Positions 8,604-17,768 of a stretch of 64,000 bases of DNA are shown here, piece after piece. The stretch is taken from assembly GCA_963665765.1 (NCBI GenBank), contig OY762464.1, positions 2,674,787 to 2,738,786 on the forward strand, written 5' to 3'. The notes beneath the pieces were generated by a model, which was not told the DNA's origin, ran no database searches, and worked only from the letters and a program-made list of their open reading frames with translations. Within the stretch, counting starts at the first letter, position 1, and the number at the start of each line of letters is the position of its first letter. Source of the stretch: Acidimicrobiia bacterium (GTDB taxonomy: Bacteria > Actinomycetota > Acidimicrobiia > Spongiisociales > ZC4RG35). Made by a program: the position numbers and the translations under genes.

Positions 8604-8691
8604 GACCGTGGCGGTGGCCAACCTGCTGCTGAACAGGACCGCCACCCCTCCCATGTCCAAACGCCTGAAACTCCCTGTCCCACCGGGTTGA
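8604..8691 (+). repeat. Direct repeat copy 2 (orphan duplicate of DMT gene 3' end)
   Basis: 88 nt identical to 8040-8127 except cc for aa at 8679-8680. Still ends in tga. Upstream match extends weakly to about 8597. Confidence 0.9.
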
Positions 8692-8745
8692 TTTTCCCCG
8701 GCCATGGTTGGGAAAACCACCACCGGGGTCGGCATCTCACCGGGC

Positions 8746-10728
8746 TCACATGTGATCTATGGCGAAGTCCTGAAATCGATCCTGGTGGGTCGACCATTGC
8801 AGTTCGACTCTGGTGACGACGGCGTGGCGCGGCCCTCGAGAGAGCCAATCGGATAGTTCTTCCAAACGACCGCGGCGGCCTTCGGCCAGCACCAGAACGG
8901 TCCCGTCCTCCTGATTGGATACTCTTCCGGCGATTCGCAGACGCCTTGCCCGGGTGACCACCGCCCATCGGAATCCTACGCCCTGTACCCGCCCCCGGAC
9001 CACTGCCTCCAAACGAGCCCGACGAGAGGTCGTCCAGATTCCACTCAGGATCTCTCGCACCTCCGCCGCGTCGGTGGCCACCAAGCATTGGGCGGCTACT
9101 TTCCGGCAACTTTCCATATCCAACGAGCGAACGCGCGCCTTGATGATGGGCACCGAGGGAATGGCTACCGATAGCTCATTTACCCCCAACCCGATCAGCA
9201 CGGGAACCGCCTGGGGATCGCCGGCCATCGCCCCGCACACTCCGACCCAGCGCTGGTGTTGCTCGGCCGCCGAAGTGGTCTCGGCGATGAGACGGAGAAC
9301 GGCCGGATCGAAGGGGTCGGCGAGATCAGCCACCTCCCGGTTGGTGCGGTCCACCGCCAGGGTGTACTGGGTGAGGTCATTGGTCCCGATCGAAAAGAAA
9401 TCGATGTCGGGCGCCAGCCGGTCGGCGATAAGCGCTGCCGAGGGGACTTCGATCATGATTCCCACTTGATAATCGGTGGAGTAGTCCAGTCCGTCGGCTG
9501 TCAGAGACCGTTCGGCTTCGGTCAGTGCTGCCCGAAACGCCAACAGTTCGGCCCTTCCCGCCACCATGGGGGCCATGATTCCCAGCCGACCGGCGCTTCC
9601 GGCGCGGAGCAGGGCTCGCAACTGGGCATGCATCATCTCGGGGCGGGCCAGGGTGAGCCGGATCCCTCGCAGACCCAGGAAGGGATTGAGTTCCTCTCCG
9701 ATCTCGATGCCGGGAACCTGCTTGTCTCCCCCCACATCCAGGGTACGCACCACCACCAGATGGTCTCCGAAGGTTGATAGCACCGCCCGGTAGGCCTCGT
9801 ATTGTTCCTCTTCGGAGATAGGACGGGTCCTGTCCAGGAACAGGAACTCGGTGCGGAACAATCCCACCCCTTCGGCGCCCAACTCCACCGCCCGGGGAGC
9901 GTCCTCGTCGGATCCGATGTTGGCGGCCACCTCGATTCGCGTCCCGTCGCGGGTGACCGCCGGTTTGTGAGCCTGCTCGGCCGCGCCCTCGCGGGCGCGT
10001 CGCAGTTCCTCTTGTTGACCGCGCAGTCGATCGACAACCTCCGGGGAGGGATCGATATAAACCTGCCCGGTGTCGCCGTCAAAGGCCATCAGGTCGCCGG
10101 GCTCGAGGGAGGGCAGATTGACCCCCACCACCGCCGGCAGTGCCATGCCGCGGGCGAAGACGGCGATGTGGGAAGTGGCGCTTCCTTCCTCGGTGCACAA
10201 TCCAAGGGCCATGCCAGGTGGAATGGTGGCCGTCTCGGAAGGGAAAAAGTCGGATGCCACCAACACCGAGGGCGTGGTCAGGTGGTCCCAGGTTTCGAGG
10301 GGAAGTCCCAGAATCGACTTCAGAAGCTGGGTGCCCACGTCGCGGACATCGGCGGCGCGGGCTGCCAGGTATTCGTCATCCAAGGACTCCAGCATGGCGG
10401 CGGACTCCTCGGTCACCTGCAATGTGGCCGCTTCGGCGCACAGGGAGTCATCTTCGATGAGCGTTCGGATTTCGCCGGTGAATTCAGGGTCTTCCAGCAG
10501 GAGAAGATGTGCTCCGATCACCTCGGCCTCTTCGGACTCCTCACCGTGGAGTTCTTGAAGCCCGATCAGCCTTTCCCGGACGGTTGCTTCGCCGACGGTC
10601 AGTTTCTCGATCTCGGCGGTCGGGTCGTCCACCCGGCGGGAGGTGACATCGGGGAGGGTGGATGAATGCAGGTAGACAGGCCCAATGGCGATTCCGGGCG
10701 AAGCCCCGATGCCGGTTCGTTCAATCAT
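8746..10728 (-). CDS. ptsI: Phosphoenolpyruvate-protein phosphotransferase (PTS Enzyme I) with C-terminal acylphosphatase domain
   Basis: 660 aa. N-terminal GIGASPGIAIGP, catalytic-His region GSATSHIAVFARGMALPAV, and PEP-utilising GTNDLTQYTLAVDR. The last ~90 aa, VRGRVQGVGFRW...GRVSNQEDGTVLVLAEG, carry both acylphosphatase signatures. Confidence 0.9.
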   Translation of the reverse strand: MIERTGIGASPGIAIGPVYLHSSTLPDVTSRRVDDPTAEIEKLTVGEATVRERLIGLQELHGEESEEAEVIGAHLLLLEDPEFTGEIRTLIEDDSLCAEAATLQVTEESAAMLESLDDEYLAARAADVRDVGTQLLKSILGLPLETWDHLTTPSVLVASDFFPSETATIPPGMALGLCTEEGSATSHIAVFARGMALPAVVGVNLPSLEPGDLMAFDGDTGQVYIDPSPEVVDRLRGQQEELRRAREGAAEQAHKPAVTRDGTRIEVAANIGSDEDAPRAVELGAEGVGLFRTEFLFLDRTRPISEEEQYEAYRAVLSTFGDHLVVVRTLDVGGDKQVPGIEIGEELNPFLGLRGIRLTLARPEMMHAQLRALLRAGSAGRLGIMAPMVAGRAELLAFRAALTEAERSLTADGLDYSTDYQVGIMIEVPSAALIADRLAPDIDFFSIGTNDLTQYTLAVDRTNREVADLADPFDPAVLRLIAETTSAAEQHQRWVGVCGAMAGDPQAVPVLIGLGVNELSVAIPSVPIIKARVRSLDMESCRKVAAQCLVATDAAEVREILSGIWTTSRRARLEAVVRGRVQGVGFRWAVVTRARRLRIAGRVSNQEDGTVLVLAEGRRGRLEELSDWLSRGPRHAVVTRVELQWSTHQDRFQDFAIDHM

Positions 10729-12014
10729 ATTTGGTCTCCGATAAGTGAATCCTGCCGGCGCCGCAACGACACTATATGTGAAGATTCGTCCAGGCTCACG
10801 TCACGGAAAGTGAGGGGCTCCCCGGCTTTCACCGGCGAAGTCACCACCGCGGCGGGCGCCAACCCAATAGGTAGGAATCGTTCTCTGGCCGCTGGCTCGG
10901 CCTTTTCGATCATGCCATATACACGGTACCCGCCCAGGTCGTCAATCGTCTCCCCTACGGTCAGGTTTCGTTTGGCGAAAGCCACGGTTTCGGCGGTGGG
11001 AGGATGATCGGTGGCCAGGGTGGTCTCTTCGGACAGAACCGCCCGGGCGATGGAGATCGGGGTCTCGAGGTTGGCCAGATGGTAGGGACGGTAGAGCGCA
11101 TAGCAGGGTCCGGGTCCCATGGACAGGTAGCCCAGGTCGCGGACCAGTTTGGGGTGATCGGTGGTGAACACCACGAAGACCCCGGGAGCTATTCCTCGTC
11201 CGTAGTCCACCCGGCCCGGCCCCGACAGCACGCCGCCTTGGGAGGAGGGGACATAGGTGGAGGCGATGGTGTCGACTGTGACCGAGGGGCCGTGCATACC
11301 CCGCACGTCCGGGGTGAACCCGATTCCGTTGGCCAGGGAAGTCATCTCCACCATGGTCTTGGTGCCGTCCACGAAAGATGCCAGCATCTTGGGGTTCATG
11401 CGGCGCTTGCGGGCGGTTTCGGCCACTGTCTCGGGGGTGGCGGTTCGATCCAGTCGATTGTTCTTGCCCTTTCCGGCGCTCACCACCGGAAAGCCCAGGG
11501 AAGCGACGAAGTCATAGATTTCCATGATCGCTCCCGGCTCGTCGCCGCCCGACAGGGTGTAGACCACCCCCGCTTCCTCTGCCATCCGACGCAGGACATA
11601 CCCCACGGTGGCGTCGGTCTCCACATTCATCTGCAGAACATGTTTTCCTGCGGCGATGGCCCCCCGGGCCACCCGGGCGCCCACTTCCGGCACGCCGGTG
11701 GCCTCCACCGAGATATCGATCGGCTCGCACCATGCCAGCGAGATGTTCGAGGTGGCCACCCGCCGCCCGTCGGAGAGAGCGGAGACCGCCCGGTCGGGGT
11801 CATCGGTCTCCACCACCGTCGCTGCGGGGACACCCGCCGATGCGAAAGCCCGGATCGCCCGTTGGGGAGCGGTGTCCACCACCACGCTCGGTTCCATGCC
11901 GGCCATCTGCTCCAGCACCACCGCCAGGCCCTCTCCCATCTGCCCGGCGCCCACCATCCCCACCCGGATTTTGCCTCCGCTTTGTTCCAGTTTCCGAAGG
12001 CGACGATGAAGCAT
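10725..12014 (-). CDS. NAD(P)-binding oxidoreductase with C-terminal SAF domain (homoserine-dehydrogenase-like, COG4091 type)
   Basis: IRVGMVGAGQMG Rossmann motif at the N-terminus. C-terminal AKRNLTVGETI..L is an SAF-like beta-clip. ATGA overlap with the ptsI start. Confidence 0.6.
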   Translation of the reverse strand: MLHRRLRKLEQSGGKIRVGMVGAGQMGEGLAVVLEQMAGMEPSVVVDTAPQRAIRAFASAGVPAATVVETDDPDRAVSALSDGRRVATSNISLAWCEPIDISVEATGVPEVGARVARGAIAAGKHVLQMNVETDATVGYVLRRMAEEAGVVYTLSGGDEPGAIMEIYDFVASLGFPVVSAGKGKNNRLDRTATPETVAETARKRRMNPKMLASFVDGTKTMVEMTSLANGIGFTPDVRGMHGPSVTVDTIASTYVPSSQGGVLSGPGRVDYGRGIAPGVFVVFTTDHPKLVRDLGYLSMGPGPCYALYRPYHLANLETPISIARAVLSEETTLATDHPPTAETVAFAKRNLTVGETIDDLGGYRVYGMIEKAEPAARERFLPIGLAPAAVVTSPVKAGEPLTFRDVSLDESSHIVSLRRRQDSLIGDQI

Positions 12015-12844
12015 TAGGAGTCTCCTGCCAGCGTTTGGAGAAAATGGTTATGGATCAGGCCATTGCTGGCCACCACGAAGGGAGTCCCGGTTCCAACCGG
12101 ATCACCAGCCTGATCGGTTACTTTGCCACCTGCTTCCAGAACCATCAGCACACCCGCTCCCATGTCCCACGGAGAGAGATCCTCCTCCCAATAGCCGTCC
12201 AGTCTCCCGGAGGCCACCATGCACAGATCCAAGGACGCCGCTCCCAAACGCCGGATACCCTGGGCCGTTTCCAACACCCTTCGAAAGCGGGTGTCGCAGA
12301 CAGCGGTGCGTTCCGCCCGGTTATACGGGAAGCCGGTGACCACCAGGGCACTGCCCAAGTCGTCGGTGCCGCTTACCTCCAGCCTCGACCCGTTGCGCCA
12401 AGCCCCCTCCCCGGCGACGACGGTGTATCGGTCTCCGGTGGTGATGTTCACCACCACCCCCACCGTTGGGACGTTATCGATCCACAGGGCCACCGACACC
12501 GCCATCCAGGGGAAACCGTGAACGTAATTGGTGGTTCCGTCCAGAGGATCGATCAGCCACACCCGGCCCTGGTCAGAAGGATCATCGACCATTTTCTCCT
12601 CGGTCACTATCGCATCCCCGGGGCAAAGTCGGGAGAGCGAGTCGATGATGGCCTGTTCCGACAGAAGATCGGCCTGGGTAACCGGATCAGCGTCAGCCTT
12701 GAAAGAAAGCCCCACGGATCGGTGGCCAGTCGCCCGCACCACCTCGGCGCCGGCTTGAGCGGAAGCCAACGCGATCGCCAGATCAGAACGCTCCGAATCC
12801 CAGGATCCGGCCTCTGTCACACCCCTCGCACTATCTTTGATCAC
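12014..12844 (-). CDS. Inositol monophosphatase family protein
   Basis: DPVTQADLLSE, WLIDPLDGTTNY and WDMGAGVLMVLEAGG are the IMPase/SuhB motifs. GTG start at 12844 is uncertain (GTG at 12820 possible). TAATG overlap with the downstream gene. Confidence 0.8.
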   Translation of the reverse strand: MIKDSARGVTEAGSWDSERSDLAIALASAQAGAEVVRATGHRSVGLSFKADADPVTQADLLSEQAIIDSLSRLCPGDAIVTEEKMVDDPSDQGRVWLIDPLDGTTNYVHGFPWMAVSVALWIDNVPTVGVVVNITTGDRYTVVAGEGAWRNGSRLEVSGTDDLGSALVVTGFPYNRAERTAVCDTRFRRVLETAQGIRRLGAASLDLCMVASGRLDGYWEEDLSPWDMGAGVLMVLEAGGKVTDQAGDPVGTGTPFVVASNGLIHNHFLQTLAGDS

Positions 12845-12846
12845 TG

Positions 12847-15075
12847 ATGGCTGATAGTAACTCCGAACTCGAACTGGACTTCCGCCGCCGCTGGTACGAG
12901 GCGCACCGCCGCCGATATGAGCAGAATGTGGCAGAAGTGGTGGAGCAGAAAGAAATACAGCGAGAATTGAACGCCGCGGCCGAAGAGGGTCTGGAAATAA
13001 TAGACGCTCTCCAGAAAAGCAATGATATCGAAGCCTTTATAGAGTCTCTCCGGTCTTGGTTGCAGCATAAGGCGAGACCTTTCAACAATTTCGGCCAGAT
13101 GTTTATGAATCAAGTAGTCAACTATTCCACCGAGCCAGCAGAGACGGCCCGGCTTCTTTCCGAAGTGCTAGAGGTTCCGTCCACTGAAGAGGAGGCCCTT
13201 TCGAAAATAGGACAGCTCCTGAAGTATGTAGAAACTGTGAAGAAAAAGGGCCATCCTGCGCCGAGAAGGGTGCCATTTTGCCTCTCATTTTTCTGGTCGC
13301 TGGCGAAGGATTCTCCCTGGCCAGTGCTGTGGGCAAGTGCCGCGCAATTTGCTGAATACCTGACAGGTCAACAACTTCCCGCCAATCCCTTGCACCTTTA
13401 TCCCACCTACATGGACCTAGTGGGAGAACTTGACCGAGATTACCGACAGTTTGAGAGGGTGGCTTCTTGGTGGAAAAGCAGAAAGCTGTTACTGGTAGAC
13501 GCCGTATTGATGGACAGGTGTCAGTTCGGGAGGGATTGGGACGCAAGTAAGTCCAGCCAAATCGAAGCCAACGCCGAAGTGTTGCTGAAGACGGTCCGTT
13601 ATTGGGGCGATGTTCTTAGACCCGAAGTGGAGGAGATTCTTGAAGGAAAGTGGCAAACCAAGGTTCCACCCCTTAACTGGTCGAAAGATCGACCTAGAGG
13701 CGATGGTTATGTGATATTCTGCTCTCAGGAGCAACCACTGGGGCCCGGGATTCTGGTAGGAGTGAACGAGAGGGGTCTGTATGTGGGAGCCGATAGCGGT
13801 TTGGGTGGGGCGGGATGGATATTCGAGGCTGAAAAGACTATGGAGTCTTGGACAATAGAAGGCTATGAATTGATCACTTCACATCGGTCCGTTCGGAAGA
13901 CTCCGCATCAGTTCGGATGGAGACCCGATCAGATCAAATACGGACGACATTGGGGGAAGAAAGACTTGCCTGTTGATCTCCGCGAGGCGGTTTTATCTGC
14001 GACTAAGGATCTCCGTTCCCAAGTAAAGGATTTGAGCGATCGATACAGAGAGTTCGAATCACAGGGAGCGGGTCTATCTAATGGAGGGGAGGACCCTCCT
14101 CCTCTACAAACACCGGATGGTCCTCCTCCCCCCTCACCTGAGGCTATAGCCGGACTGGCAGAGGAGCTCTTGGTTGATCCCGAGGATCTATGGATGGTCA
14201 TCGAGCTCTTGGATGACAAGAGCCAGGTTATTTTGTACGGCCCGCCGGGGACCGGCAAGACATTTCTGGCCAAACATTTGGCAGAGTGTTTGGCGCCTGA
14301 GGACTCTCAGCGGGCTTTCGTGCAGTTCCATCCGTCCATGTCTTACGAGGACTTCTTCGAGGGGTATCGGCCTGGAACCGGAGCTGATGGGACAATGGTC
14401 TACCAGCTGACCTCCGGCCCTTTACGTAACATCGCCCAACGCGCAACTGAAAACCCAGACCAGCGGCACATTTTGATCATCGACGAGATCAACCGGGCCA
14501 ATCTTCCCAAGGTGCTGGGGGAGTTGCTGTTTTTGCTGGAATACCGGGAGGAGACGGTGTTGCCCCTCTATCGGCCGTCGGAGCCATTCGGATTGCCTTC
14601 CAATCTGTGGTTAATCGGCACCATGAACACCGCTGACCGTTCGATCGCTCTGGTGGATGCCGCGTTGCGGCGGCGATTTCACTTTGTGCCATTCTTTCCT
14701 CATCAAGGTTTGATGAAGGGTCTGCTGGAGCGCTGGCTAGAAGAAAAAGGAGAGCATGCCTGGGTGGGGGAGTTGGTGGCAAAGGTTAATCAGGAGCTAT
14801 CCGAGGAGTTGGGCGGCCCGCATCTGCAGCTGGGACCCAGTCATTTCATGAAACCGGGGATCAGCAACCTCGAGACCGGAAAACTTAGAATGGTGTGGCG
14901 ATACACGATAGAGCCGTTCATGGAGGAGCAGTTTTTCGACGACCCTGATCGAATCCAACGCTTTCGTTTGGAAAACGTCCTCATGCGACATCGGTCCAGG
15001 GAGAGTGATCAACCCCAAGGAGAAGAGAGCCAGGGTGCAGGGAGGAGTGATGGAAAACCCGCTGAGGCTAGCTGA
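12847..15075 (+). CDS. mcrB: McrB-family AAA+ GTPase (type IV restriction) with ~460-aa uncharacterised N-terminal region
   Basis: C-terminal half: ILYGPPGTGKTF (14239-14262), FHPSMSYEDFFEGYRP, ILIIDEINRANLPKVLGELLFLLEYR, GTMNTADRS and DAALRRRFHF are canonical McrB motifs. The N-terminal half has no motif I recognise. Visibly lower G+C. Confidence 0.85.
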   Translation: MADSNSELELDFRRRWYEAHRRRYEQNVAEVVEQKEIQRELNAAAEEGLEIIDALQKSNDIEAFIESLRSWLQHKARPFNNFGQMFMNQVVNYSTEPAETARLLSEVLEVPSTEEEALSKIGQLLKYVETVKKKGHPAPRRVPFCLSFFWSLAKDSPWPVLWASAAQFAEYLTGQQLPANPLHLYPTYMDLVGELDRDYRQFERVASWWKSRKLLLVDAVLMDRCQFGRDWDASKSSQIEANAEVLLKTVRYWGDVLRPEVEEILEGKWQTKVPPLNWSKDRPRGDGYVIFCSQEQPLGPGILVGVNERGLYVGADSGLGGAGWIFEAEKTMESWTIEGYELITSHRSVRKTPHQFGWRPDQIKYGRHWGKKDLPVDLREAVLSATKDLRSQVKDLSDRYREFESQGAGLSNGGEDPPPLQTPDGPPPPSPEAIAGLAEELLVDPEDLWMVIELLDDKSQVILYGPPGTGKTFLAKHLAECLAPEDSQRAFVQFHPSMSYEDFFEGYRPGTGADGTMVYQLTSGPLRNIAQRATENPDQRHILIIDEINRANLPKVLGELLFLLEYREETVLPLYRPSEPFGLPSNLWLIGTMNTADRSIALVDAALRRRFHFVPFFPHQGLMKGLLERWLEEKGEHAWVGELVAKVNQELSEELGGPHLQLGPSHFMKPGISNLETGKLRMVWRYTIEPFMEEQFFDDPDRIQRFRLENVLMRHRSRESDQPQGEESQGAGRSDGKPAEAS

Positions 15076-16267
15076 ATACCAGACTGGTCCTCCTATCCGG
15101 CTGTCTCGATCTCAGGCTATGGGACTCAACGACACCGGTTACGTTGCCGTGGCGCCTGCCCCTGAGCCGGGATGGTGGAAGGTCACCGCCGGGCATCATG
15201 TCGGAACTCTGGTAATCGAGGATTTGCGGATCTACATCGAACCGAAAATCAGACTTGAGAACCTCTTTCTCTTGCTGGGAGTGGGGTTGAGAGAAACCGA
15301 CTGGGGGAAGGCCGCCGCCCAGTTTGCCCTGGACCGAGATCTGCTCCCGGCGGTGATTTCTTTCTTTACCCGGGCGGTTGATCTCACCCTCCGAAGGGGG
15401 GTTTACCGGTCCTATCGAGAAGAACGCGCTCGGGTTCAGACCATACGAGGACGAATCGATATCCCGGCACAGATGGCTCGATCCGGGATAGTGTATCCGG
15501 TTGACTGCCGGTTTGATGAGTACACCGCTGATGTGGCCGAGAACCGCTATCTGAAGACGGCCGTGCTGAGAGCCCTTCGAGTTCCCGGAGTGCTGCCCGA
15601 AGACCGTCGCCGGCTACACCGGATATTGCTCACTCTCGAGGAAGTGAGCAATCTGGCCGTGCGACCTGAGCTGTTGGATCGCATCGGCTTTAACCGGCTC
15701 AACACTCACTACGAACCCTCTCTTCGTCTGGCCAGACTGTTGTTGGAGAACCTGACGCTTCAGGACGACCCGGGGGATACGCAGGCGCTGTCGTTCATGG
15801 TTGATATGAATTTCCTCTTCGAGCGGTACATCACAGACCGACTCCAACGGGCTCTCCGGGGCGCTTTGGATGTGAAACCGCAGCCTGCGACTGCGTTGGA
15901 TCATGCTCGCAGCTTGGTCGTTTATCCCGATCTAGTGTTCAGTCGGGGCGGAAAACCGCGGTTTGTCTCCGATGTCAAATACAAACTGGCGGAGCGCCAG
16001 CGGGATCTTCCCACCTCCGACCACTACCAGCTTCTCGCCTACACCACAATCTTGAACCTCCCCGAAGGCGCTTTGATCTACTGCCGGGACTCAGATCAAC
16101 CGGGGTCAGGGCATGATTCGATCATCGTCCGTCACGCCCAAAAGACACTTCACGCCTGGGGGTTGGACATGTCCGGCCCACCAATCGAGGTCGAGGCTGA
16201 AATAAAGAAGCTGGCACAATGGATAGCCAACCGGGCGACCTCTGGGGCGGTGGCTGAAGCTGCCTAG
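15050..16267 (+). CDS. mcrC: McrC-like restriction endonuclease subunit
   Basis: ATG 15050 overlaps the mcrB 3' end by 26 nt. ~405 aa. C-terminal PDLVFSRGGKPRFVSDVKYK is a PD-(D/E)xK-like D...D/E-x-K motif. Position immediately after mcrB. Confidence 0.7.
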   Translation: MENPLRLAEYQTGPPIRLSRSQAMGLNDTGYVAVAPAPEPGWWKVTAGHHVGTLVIEDLRIYIEPKIRLENLFLLLGVGLRETDWGKAAAQFALDRDLLPAVISFFTRAVDLTLRRGVYRSYREERARVQTIRGRIDIPAQMARSGIVYPVDCRFDEYTADVAENRYLKTAVLRALRVPGVLPEDRRRLHRILLTLEEVSNLAVRPELLDRIGFNRLNTHYEPSLRLARLLLENLTLQDDPGDTQALSFMVDMNFLFERYITDRLQRALRGALDVKPQPATALDHARSLVVYPDLVFSRGGKPRFVSDVKYKLAERQRDLPTSDHYQLLAYTTILNLPEGALIYCRDSDQPGSGHDSIIVRHAQKTLHAWGLDMSGPPIEVEAEIKKLAQWIANRATSGAVAEAA

Positions 16268-16377
16268 TAATACCGGGCGAGTCTCGGCAGGTTAAAGAGG
16301 TCGGCTGGCTCGGTGCGGCACACCACTAGCCTCCCTACATCCTTGCATTTCCGGCGTCTTATGCCATAATTGCAAGG

Positions 16378-17544
16378 ATGATTCCGCGCCGATTGCATCC
16401 ACAGTTGCACGAACTGCTCTCGGAATATCCTGCTGTTGCCTTGATCGGGCCTCGGCAGGTGGGAAAGACGACGTTGGCCTGGCAGATCGCCGAGGCGCTG
16501 GACTCGGTCTATCTCGACTTGGAATCGCCGTCGAATCTCGCCAAGTTGTCCGAACCCGAGCTATATCTGGCCGACCATCGGCATAGGTTGGTCATCCTCG
16601 ACGAGGTACATAGGACACCAGGCCTGTTCCAAGCACTTCGCGGCCTCATAGATCAGGGAAGGCGCAGCGGGCGAGGAGTGGGGCGGTTCCTTCTGCTGGG
16701 GTCCGCCTCCATGGACCTGCTGCGGCAGTCGGGCGAGAGCCTGGCCGGACGCATCGCCTACCTCGAACTCGGTCCGCTGGATGTGTCGGAGGTGGGGGCG
16801 AGCGACTGGGCGTCCCTTTGGGTGCGAGGTGGATTCCCCGATAGCTTTTTGGCCGCCGACGACCGCAGAAGCTTCCGATGGCGACAGAACTTCATCCGAA
16901 CCTATCTCGAGCGTGACATTCCCCAGTTCGGCCGGCGTATCCCCGCCGAGACGCTCAGACGATTCTGGGTAATGCTGGCCCACACCCAGGGAGGACTGCG
17001 CAACGCGGCGGCCCTCGCCCGCGGCCTCGGAGTGAACGGCAAGACCGTCTCCCGCTATCTGGACCTCATGGCCGACCTGCTGCTGGTACGGCGACTGCCA
17101 CCGTGGCGCAGAAACGTCGGGAAGCGTCTGGTCAAGTTCCCGAAGGTTTATGTCCGCGACAGCGGGATCGTGCATGCTCTGCTGGGTCTGATCTCCAAGG
17201 AGGACCTCCTGGGTCATCCCGTGGTCGGGGCAAGCTGGGAGGGGTTTGTTATCGAAACCCTCGTGTCACTGTTACCGGATGGAAGCGAGGCGAGCTATTA
17301 TCGGTCGTCGGGCGGAGCGGAGATCGATCTGATCGTGACATTGCCCGGGCGTCGCCCGTGGGCGATCGAGGTGAAGCGGAGCCTCAACCCCCGGCCTCGC
17401 AGGGGTTTCCACAGCGGCTGCCGCGACGTGCGCCCGGAAGCACAATTCGTCGTCTACCCGGGAGTGGAGCGCTACAAGATCACTCCGGATACCGAAGCCA
17501 TCTCCCTGCCCGACCTGGCGCGAGAGGTGAGCCTGCCAACATAA
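16378..17544 (+). CDS. AAA+ ATPase with C-terminal DUF4143-type domain (COG1373)
   Basis: Walker A GPRQVGKTT, Walker B LVILDEV, then YLERDI...LLVRRLPPW...KVYVRDSG layout typical of the COG1373 ATPases. Confidence 0.8.
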   Translation: MIPRRLHPQLHELLSEYPAVALIGPRQVGKTTLAWQIAEALDSVYLDLESPSNLAKLSEPELYLADHRHRLVILDEVHRTPGLFQALRGLIDQGRRSGRGVGRFLLLGSASMDLLRQSGESLAGRIAYLELGPLDVSEVGASDWASLWVRGGFPDSFLAADDRRSFRWRQNFIRTYLERDIPQFGRRIPAETLRRFWVMLAHTQGGLRNAAALARGLGVNGKTVSRYLDLMADLLLVRRLPPWRRNVGKRLVKFPKVYVRDSGIVHALLGLISKEDLLGHPVVGASWEGFVIETLVSLLPDGSEASYYRSSGGAEIDLIVTLPGRRPWAIEVKRSLNPRPRRGFHSGCRDVRPEAQFVVYPGVERYKITPDTEAISLPDLAREVSLPT

Positions 17545-17768
17545 TCCCTCAGGCTTCGATCCGGGTTTACTTGGCCTGGATCCCTGGATCACCGGTGGGT
17601 GCCATTTGTGACAGAACCCGATGACCCGGTTAGAGCGAGAGGCATCAGACGGTCACGCCTATTAAACCCGATGCGTCTCAACCAGCGCTCGCCACGACCC
17701 CACGCCTGCGTAGGCGGGATATTTCTTACTTCTAAGTTGTGTTCCCACAGGTAGGCTCTGTGGTTAGG

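Noticed and set aside
17688-17725. Short hairpin cgcct-gcgt-aggcg followed by a T-rich stretch, after the AAA ATPase gene
   Set aside because: The stem is only 5 bp and the T-tract is interrupted, so it is too weak to call a terminator.
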